A stretch of DNA of 64,000 bases, taken from IMG/VR virus record IMGVR_UViG_3300008107_006173; one strand, written 5' to 3'. This stretch comes from a virus (lineage: Duplodnaviria > Caudoviricetes). Below are positions 57,669 to 64,000 of this stretch, one piece after another (within the stretch, counting starts at the first letter, position 1; each line of letters opens with the position of its first letter). Made by a program: the position numbers and the translations under genes. Below the pieces are notes generated by a model that searched no databases, was not told the DNA's origin, and saw only the letters and a program-made list of their open reading frames with translations.

Positions 57669-59018
57669 ATGGCAGGTAAAAACTTAGACTATTGGTACGA
57701 CGAGCAAATAAAGCGATATCTAATTCAGATTATTCGTGTCTTTTCTCATTTTAAAGTAAAAGAAAATACTCGCGACGGTGTCAAGTACAATCGGGTACCT
57801 GCTCGATACGGTGATATGAGCCGCATGGTTGCAAGTATTTTGAGAAATAATACTGAAAATGCGCTAAACAATGCACCAATGATTACTGTTAGTATTCAAA
57901 GTATTCAGCCAGCTCGAGATAGAACAGCAGAACCGTTTTTAGTTGATACTCGCCAAGTGGCTGAAAGAGCTTACGATAACAATACAGGTGAATATGGTAG
58001 TGAACAGGGTAACTTATATACTACTCAACGATATATGCCTGTTCCTTATAATATGACCATACAGGTTGACGTTTGGACTACTAACACTGACACTAAACTA
58101 CAATTGTTAGAACAATTATTTGTAATTTTTAATCCAAGTATCCAGTTGCAAAGCAACGATAACCCGTTAGACTGGACCAGTGTGTTTGAAGTTGAGATGA
58201 CAGATATTAACTGGAGTAGTCGAAGTATTCCGGCTGGTGTTGACGAGTCGCTAGACATTTCAACCTTAACATTTAGCGTCCCTATTTGGATCAGTCCCCC
58301 AGCTAAAGTTAAGCGTCAGACAATTATTCAACAAATTATTGCAGATATTCATAATACCACTGGAAGTATTGGTGAATTAGGATTTGATTCTCAATATCAC
58401 GACTTCTTTGGTAGTATACCGGATAGTGCCGAAGTAATTGTTACACCAAATAACTACAGAGTGCAGATTTTAGGATCAAGTGCGTTCCTAGTTGATTTAA
58501 CAGGTACACGACAACCGTGGATTGATCTTATTGAAATGAAGGGTATGTTAAGTGCCACAAGTTTGCTAAAACTAAACATTAGCAACGACAGCGACAGTGA
58601 CGATAACTTTGTTATCGGTTCAGTAACTGCAAATCCCACAGACGAAACTGCTCTTATTTTTAATTTAGATCCTGATACCTTGCCTAGCGATACATTAACT
58701 GATGTAGATAGAATTATTAATCCTAGGTCATCATCCCCAGGAGCAGGATTACCTGCTGCTGCATTAGGACAAAGATATTTAATAACCGAAGAGCTCCACC
58801 CTACAGGATTTCCTGAATGGGGCATAACTGCAAAAGAAAATGATATCATTCAGTATAATGGTTCAGTTTGGCAGGTTGCATTTAACTCAGCAAATGTTAC
58901 TTCGGTACATTATACAACAAACGATTATACATCAAAACAATTCAAGTGGACCGGTAGTTCATGGATAAGTAGTTACGAAGGTGAATACAATCCTGGATAC
59001 TGGAGACTTGTACTGTAA
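57669..59018 (+). CDS. gp15: Tail terminator/sheath stabiliser (gp15-like) with C-terminal extension
   Basis: YWYDEQIKRY, VP..YG, PVPYNM, QLLEQ....FNP, TLTF. Confidence 0.85.
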   Translation: MAGKNLDYWYDEQIKRYLIQIIRVFSHFKVKENTRDGVKYNRVPARYGDMSRMVASILRNNTENALNNAPMITVSIQSIQPARDRTAEPFLVDTRQVAERAYDNNTGEYGSEQGNLYTTQRYMPVPYNMTIQVDVWTTNTDTKLQLLEQLFVIFNPSIQLQSNDNPLDWTSVFEVEMTDINWSSRSIPAGVDESLDISTLTFSVPIWISPPAKVKRQTIIQQIIADIHNTTGSIGELGFDSQYHDFFGSIPDSAEVIVTPNNYRVQILGSSAFLVDLTGTRQPWIDLIEMKGMLSATSLLKLNISNDSDSDDNFVIGSVTANPTDETALIFNLDPDTLPSDTLTDVDRIINPRSSSPGAGLPAAALGQRYLITEELHPTGFPEWGITAKENDIIQYNGSVWQVAFNSANVTSVHYTTNDYTSKQFKWTGSSWISSYEGEYNPGYWRLVL

Positions 59019-59443
59019 TGACAACTGCCGCTGGCGTAGTATTTTTGGCAAAAGACACAGGTCGATGCTTACTACAATTACGCAACTCCGATAAACGCTT
59101 TAAGAATACTTGGGGATTTTGGGGCGGCATGATTGAGAGGGGCGAGACCCCTTATGAGTGTATCCAGCGCGAGCTCGAAGAAGAGATTGGTTTTGTTCCG
59201 GAACTAAAAAAATTAAATCCTATCGACGTTTATCAAAGCAAGGACAGAAACTTCTACTACTACAGTTTTGTTGCTGTTGTTGACAACGAATTTATTCCCA
59301 AATTAAATGGTGAGAGTGCTGGCTATGCCTGGGTGGATATCGGTGTATGGCCACAGCCCCTACACAATGGTGCAAGACTTACACTAAACAAAAACGGTGG
59401 CACGGATAAACTACAGACTATTCTAAAAATCCACACAGAATAA
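59018..59443 (+). CDS. NUDIX hydrolase
   Basis: GGMIERGETPYECIQRELEEEIG Nudix box. Confidence 0.92.
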   Translation: MTTAAGVVFLAKDTGRCLLQLRNSDKRFKNTWGFWGGMIERGETPYECIQRELEEEIGFVPELKKLNPIDVYQSKDRNFYYYSFVAVVDNEFIPKLNGESAGYAWVDIGVWPQPLHNGARLTLNKNGGTDKLQTILKIHTE

Positions 59444-59451
59444 ATATTGTG

Positions 59452-60078
59452 ATGGATGATGTCGTCGACTTCGTGTTGTTGCGTATTCAGCAAGAGCTAG
59501 AAAAATATCATAAAACAAAAACTATACCTTTTGATTTATTAGAAGGTGCGTATTCTATTGACGACATTAAGAAATATTATTACGATAAACTTACACCAAA
59601 GTATCAAAAAATTGCTAATTCGTTAATCAGTGCTTATGAAAAAAAGATACAAAACAACTTAGATAGTCTAAAAATTGCTCTGAGAAAAGACTATACTAGC
59701 ACAATGAATCAACTAGAAACAGAATCTAGTGATTTTAAATTTCCATCAGTATTAACAAAGTATAGACCTAGTATAAATCCAGTCAAAGCACTTTTCTATG
59801 AAGTTAGAGAATTAACACGCACATATAATTTTGAAAGCGAATATCATGTATGGCTATTATCGTTGCTACAGGATCTAGAGTACAACAATAAACTTATTGA
59901 TGCGATAAGTGTAGATATAAGAAGATTAGAACGAATAGTCAGCAGATACTATTTGCCTATGATAAACTACACAGATAGTATACCGCTTGAACTGTTCCAC
60001 GCAAGACAGTTAATAAAAGATTTTCGACACTACAAAAATACTTTTATTACACTAAAATCTTGGCACCCTGAGGACTAA
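59452..60078 (+). CDS. Hypothetical helical protein
   Basis: AATAAATA then 5 nt then ATG at 59452. Confidence 0.65.
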   Translation: MDDVVDFVLLRIQQELEKYHKTKTIPFDLLEGAYSIDDIKKYYYDKLTPKYQKIANSLISAYEKKIQNNLDSLKIALRKDYTSTMNQLETESSDFKFPSVLTKYRPSINPVKALFYEVRELTRTYNFESEYHVWLLSLLQDLEYNNKLIDAISVDIRRLERIVSRYYLPMINYTDSIPLELFHARQLIKDFRHYKNTFITLKSWHPED

Positions 60079-60235
60079 AGGGAACAAATGTTCTTTCTGC
60101 AAAAGATAAATCATTATTTTTTGCGTGCTCATAAACCTCTAATGCATGTGACAAATTAGTAGTAGAAACTAATAATTTTTCATCGACCAACACAGCAAAT
60201 CTAGTGTTGTTGTTGCTTCTTTCTAGTTTGATCAT
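60047..60235 (-). CDS. Small hypothetical protein
   Basis: ATGA overlap with the cyclase stop. Confidence 0.6.
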   Translation of the reverse strand: MIKLERSNNNTRFAVLVDEKLLVSTTNLSHALEVYEHAKNNDLSFAERTFVPFSPQGAKILV

Positions 60236-62265
60236 TTTGATGTGGCTCTGTATATGCCGTCCCAGTTTTTAGGCGGACTTTTCTTGTATTCTAAAATACG
60301 ATCAATCATAGCATCATAGTAATGTGCTAATTCACCTTGCCAACTGTGTCTCATGTCTGTAGCTAGTTTGTGTGCTGTGTTCCAATTTCCTTTGCGATAT
60401 TCCTCTAAGAATTGTTTGTGTATTTTTTCATCGCTTTCGTCAAATTTTTCAAGTACTGTGTAAATTTTTGCTGGTTCTGTTTTACCTTTAACAGCAATTA
60501 AATCAAGTTCAACTACCTGGTATGTATCCAAAACCGCGTCAGCAGTCTTAGGTCCAATGATGATTTTAACGCCGTAAGGTTTGCTCTGGCCTTCGAGGCG
60601 ACTAGCCAAGTTAACGCCGTCGCCCAAACAGGTATAGTCAAAACGCTGATCGCTGCCCATATTACCAACAACCACAGTATCAGTATTAATACCAAGACCC
60701 ATTCCAAAAGCCGGGACGCCTTCTGCCTTAACTTCTTCATTGAATTCCTTTAGAGCTTTCAACATTTGAAATGCTGTGCGAACAGCATCTTTAGCATGTT
60801 GAGAATTATTAACTGGTGCGTTCCAAAATGCCATCTGGGCATCACCGATATACTTATCCAATGTACCTTTGTTTTCTAAGATAGCTTTGGTCATAGCAGT
60901 CATATAGCGATTCATAATTTTTGTAAGGCCTTGAACATCCTTACCGTAGTGTTCGCTAATTGTAGTAAAGCCTCTTACGTCTGTGAACATGATGCTTAGT
61001 TCTTGTTCGTTGCCACCAAGCTGTAATAGCTCTGGTTGACGTTGTAGTTGTGCTACTAGGTCTGGGCTTAGGTATGTGCCAAACTGTTTCTTAATCTGTT
61101 GCTTCTGTAAGAACTCGCTTACAAACTTAACACCATACACATGGAGGGCAACAAGGATAAGACCTAATGCGGTTGCTGTTGCATCTGTGAGCATGTTGTG
61201 GTTAACAAACAACCAATAAGAGCCACCGATGCTGGTAGCAATGCCCGCAACGGTGGTAACTAAACCTACATATGTCCAGCGTGATAGTAAAATTATAATT
61301 AAGCCCAGTGCTAATAACGCAGCAATTTCTGCAAAGTCTGCATAGTCTGGGCGTTGAATGTTTACGCCGTTAAACATAGTACCAACTACTGCTGCCTGTA
61401 ATTCATGTGGATGAACTGGGCCTAGTGCTGTTGGTACTGGGTTACTAATACCTGCTGCTGTTGGACTTACAATAACAACAGCACCTCTAAAATCTTTTGG
61501 TAATTTTGCTAAACTTGAACTTTGTGACTTTTGACTCCAGTCAATCCACACACGGCCCAAACTGTCTGTGGTCACTGGGCCAAACTGTGGGATACGCATT
61601 TTTTCTACGCCTAGTTCATTTAGTTTGATTTGAAAACTAGGATCACCTGCAACAACACGAAGTACTTCTAAACTTAGTGCAGGATATAATGTTCCGTCTA
61701 CACTGGCTACTAATGGTACGCGACGATTAACGCCATCAATTTCTGGTAGTGTATTAACTGTACCTGTACCGATTGCTAGTCCTTCATAGTTAGGCAAGTT
61801 AGCAATGATACCAGGATATTGAATTACTGTATCTAAATACTCTGGCCCCATGATTGCTGCACCAGCTTCACGAGGATTATTTTTTGAAGTTTCACTAGGT
61901 ACATTTGGCAGTATAACCGGATACTGTAACATTGCGGCTTCCATAGCCTTGTCGCCTTTGAAGCGATCAGGTTCAGCCATTAACACATTGAATACCACTA
62001 AGCCTGCGCCTCTGGCATACAGATCTTTTACTATGCCTGCATATTGATCACGGGGGAATGGCCACTGACCGTATTTGTCTAAGGCCGCTTCGTCTATGTT
62101 TACAGTATGAATGTTGTTAACTGTAGGTGCTTTGCTGGTAATAAGTGTATCAAAATATCTTAGACGTACACTTTCAACAAAACTAGGATCTGCTGCTCTT
62201 AGACCAACAATTAAAAATAGTGTGATTAATGCAGTCCACGGGCTTAGTAAAATTTTCTTCAACAT
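60232..62265 (-). CDS. CHASE2-domain class III adenylate cyclase
   Basis: N-terminal TM, CHASE2 (VNIDE...GQWPFPR, DGVNRR), three TM helices, MFTDVRGFT, DKYIGDA, RFDYTCLGDGVNLASRLEG. Confidence 0.95.
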   Translation of the reverse strand: MLKKILLSPWTALITLFLIVGLRAADPSFVESVRLRYFDTLITSKAPTVNNIHTVNIDEAALDKYGQWPFPRDQYAGIVKDLYARGAGLVVFNVLMAEPDRFKGDKAMEAAMLQYPVILPNVPSETSKNNPREAGAAIMGPEYLDTVIQYPGIIANLPNYEGLAIGTGTVNTLPEIDGVNRRVPLVASVDGTLYPALSLEVLRVVAGDPSFQIKLNELGVEKMRIPQFGPVTTDSLGRVWIDWSQKSQSSSLAKLPKDFRGAVVIVSPTAAGISNPVPTALGPVHPHELQAAVVGTMFNGVNIQRPDYADFAEIAALLALGLIIILLSRWTYVGLVTTVAGIATSIGGSYWLFVNHNMLTDATATALGLILVALHVYGVKFVSEFLQKQQIKKQFGTYLSPDLVAQLQRQPELLQLGGNEQELSIMFTDVRGFTTISEHYGKDVQGLTKIMNRYMTAMTKAILENKGTLDKYIGDAQMAFWNAPVNNSQHAKDAVRTAFQMLKALKEFNEEVKAEGVPAFGMGLGINTDTVVVGNMGSDQRFDYTCLGDGVNLASRLEGQSKPYGVKIIIGPKTADAVLDTYQVVELDLIAVKGKTEPAKIYTVLEKFDESDEKIHKQFLEEYRKGNWNTAHKLATDMRHSWQGELAHYYDAMIDRILEYKKSPPKNWDGIYRATSK

Positions 62266-62266
62266 G

Positions 62267-63661
62267 TTATTGTCCTTGTGTTACTGTGATTGCGCCACAA
62301 CCACCTGCGGTTGCACAACTGTGAGTTATAGAATAGAAGTTTTGTGTAGTGCCACTTTGTGTTAGGCTAATACTTGTTGGATTACCTGACAAGTTAATTA
62401 AAGCCATATGGCCTGCACTTCCTTCTTGAAGAACGGTAACAGATTTGCTACCGCCGGTTAATGCTAAATCCAGATAATGATTGCCATTATCTTTCTGCTG
62501 GATATTTAGCGTATTGTTATTATTTGCCACTGTAGCAAAGATTCCTTTTGCACCACCAGTGCCAGTTTGACTTAGTGTTAAACTGTTACTACTACCATTA
62601 ACTGCTAAATCCATATAATTGGTTACTGCATTACTTGTGCCGCTTTGTGTAGCGTTCACTGTATTGTTGTTACCGCTACTGTAATATTTGAAATAGTTTT
62701 CTCTAGTACCACTTTGCGTTACAGTGATGCTATTACTAGAACCAATCTGTTCAATGATAACTTTAGAATCTTTTACTGTTCTACTTGTAAAGGTATTAAC
62801 TTTGTTTGTGTTAACAGTATTAGCGTTAAATGAATCTCCACTACCTCCACAGCAATATGTTGGACCTGTTGGCCCACTAGGTGGGGGCGGCGCAGTACTA
62901 CCAGGATTTGGCTCAACTGATGTAAACTCTTGTCCGTTAAGCTGAGTAGTACCTATGATTTCATCAATGAAAAGAATAGGGCTTAGTGCTGTGTCGCCTA
63001 AGTTAAAAGATATAAATGCTAGATCGTAAGTGCCTGTAACGGTTACTGTAATAACAATCTGCTGCCAACCAGTTGAACCATAACTACCAGTTGAATAGTT
63101 ACCAGTTCCAGGATTTGTAAAACCTAGCAATGCATATTTTTGTTGTCCGTTAACTGTAACAGGTCCTGCAGGCCCAGTAACTACAACCATTGAACCATCG
63201 TTATATGGAGTGTAGTCTGTGCTTATGTAGTTCCATGCATAGGTATAAGTTTTGCCGGCTTCTAAAACTACACTACGCTTTGCAAAAGAAGCGTTAGTTG
63301 GATACATGTTACCATTTGCATAAATGGTATTTTTAATTGAAGTTGTTTCCGAACTGGTAAAGCCAAGTGTTGACATTGAAGAGTCAAATGATGGAGAACC
63401 GCCGCCGGCTTGAATAGCTAACATGTATGTGCCGTATGGCGTGACGGTCCAACACTTGCCACCACCTGGACAAAAATTAGACACACCTGTGGTAACTTGT
63501 GCGCCCGAACCGTTATCACTCCAGCCGCCGGTCTTTACTGTGGTGCTACCATTACTAACAGTCCAGTTAGTATAGTTACCATTTTCAAAACCATAGTTAG
63601 CTTCTTGCGCTGCCACTGGCGCACTAATGAGTAATAATAGTGCTGCTAAAATCTTTCTCAT
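62267..63661 (-). CDS. Exported protein with beta-sandwich N-domain and curlin-like repeats
   Basis: Signal peptide, Pro-rich linker, repeated Q.G..N....Q units. Confidence 0.8.
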   Translation of the reverse strand: MRKILAALLLLISAPVAAQEANYGFENGNYTNWTVSNGSTTVKTGGWSDNGSGAQVTTGVSNFCPGGGKCWTVTPYGTYMLAIQAGGGSPSFDSSMSTLGFTSSETTSIKNTIYANGNMYPTNASFAKRSVVLEAGKTYTYAWNYISTDYTPYNDGSMVVVTGPAGPVTVNGQQKYALLGFTNPGTGNYSTGSYGSTGWQQIVITVTVTGTYDLAFISFNLGDTALSPILFIDEIIGTTQLNGQEFTSVEPNPGSTAPPPPSGPTGPTYCCGGSGDSFNANTVNTNKVNTFTSRTVKDSKVIIEQIGSSNSITVTQSGTRENYFKYYSSGNNNTVNATQSGTSNAVTNYMDLAVNGSSNSLTLSQTGTGGAKGIFATVANNNNTLNIQQKDNGNHYLDLALTGGSKSVTVLQEGSAGHMALINLSGNPTSISLTQSGTTQNFYSITHSCATAGGCGAITVTQGQ

Positions 63662-63999
63662 TTACTCTGCCTAATAATTACTGTATTACCTGAGTTAGGT
63701 GCTGCGCCCCAACCTAGTTTGCCTTCGTCACCATTATGCACAATAGTTAAATTTAAGTTTGAACTTAATCTTGCTCGTACTTCTGCATAGTGATCACTAT
63801 CTGTAGTTCTATAAAAAGTTACATAAGGATTTGCTTCTACACAAATAATCTTTTCAGAGCAAGGGCCTCTCGCATTGCTGCCTGCTGCTAGAGCAGTAAG
63901 TTTAGCATCGTCTTTGTTATTATTTCTATTAGCATCTGCGTTAGCAACACGAGTTACTGTTTCTTCTTCTTTTTCTTCAAAGTCGTTTTCTTTTGAACT
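63658..63999 (-). CDS. 3' part of an exported protein, possibly FecR-domain (partial)
   Basis: Open frame from the window edge ending GNTVIIRQSK with an ATGA overlap. The FecR guess rests on typical gene context only. Confidence 0.55.
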   Translation of the reverse strand, partial: SSKENDFEEKEEETVTRVANADANRNNNKDDAKLTALAAGSNARGPCSEKIICVEANPYVTFYRTTDSDHYAEVRARLSSNLNLTIVHNGDEGKLGWGAAPNSGNTVIIRQSK

Positions 64000-64000
64000 T

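Overview
This 64 kb window is part of a large T4-related (jumbo-type) contractile-tailed phage genome, densely coding and almost entirely on the minus strand. It holds a replication/recombination core (gp41 helicase, gp61 primase, gp32 SSB, UvsX, UvsY, UvsW, ThyX, dNMP kinase, and a 198-aa minimal DnaE-like protein). Morphogenesis genes include large and probable small terminase, gp4, neck gp13/gp14, gp15, tail tube and sheath; no portal, prohead protease or major capsid gene is visible here. Accessory genes include MetK, Apt, SOD, SGNH-type, sulfotransferase, 2OG-Fe(II) and radical SAM enzymes, and a CHASE2 adenylate cyclase cassette. I found no tRNA, rRNA, CRISPR array or mobile element. Main observations: (1) About 13 late-region proteins begin with a leader resembling the T4 capsid-targeting sequence, and the longest are chains of unrelated modules joined at [ILV]-x-E-type sites. 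This suggests a head-packaged, protease-released cargo including SOD, an ADP-ribosyltransferase-like domain, kinase, HAD phosphatase, nucleotidyltransferase, ligase-like and nuclease-like domains. (2) Late promoter boxes sit exactly 5 nt before the ATG of low-copy assembly genes (likely leaderless mRNAs), while high-copy structural genes have longer leaders with a strong RBS. (3) A translationally coupled aminotransferase-amidinotransferase-NDP-sugar epimerase operon could make a guanidino sugar. (4) uvsW is interrupted by a single in-frame TAG. (5) A class of early promoters shares a spacer motif. All family assignments come from motif recognition by eye; no database searches were run.
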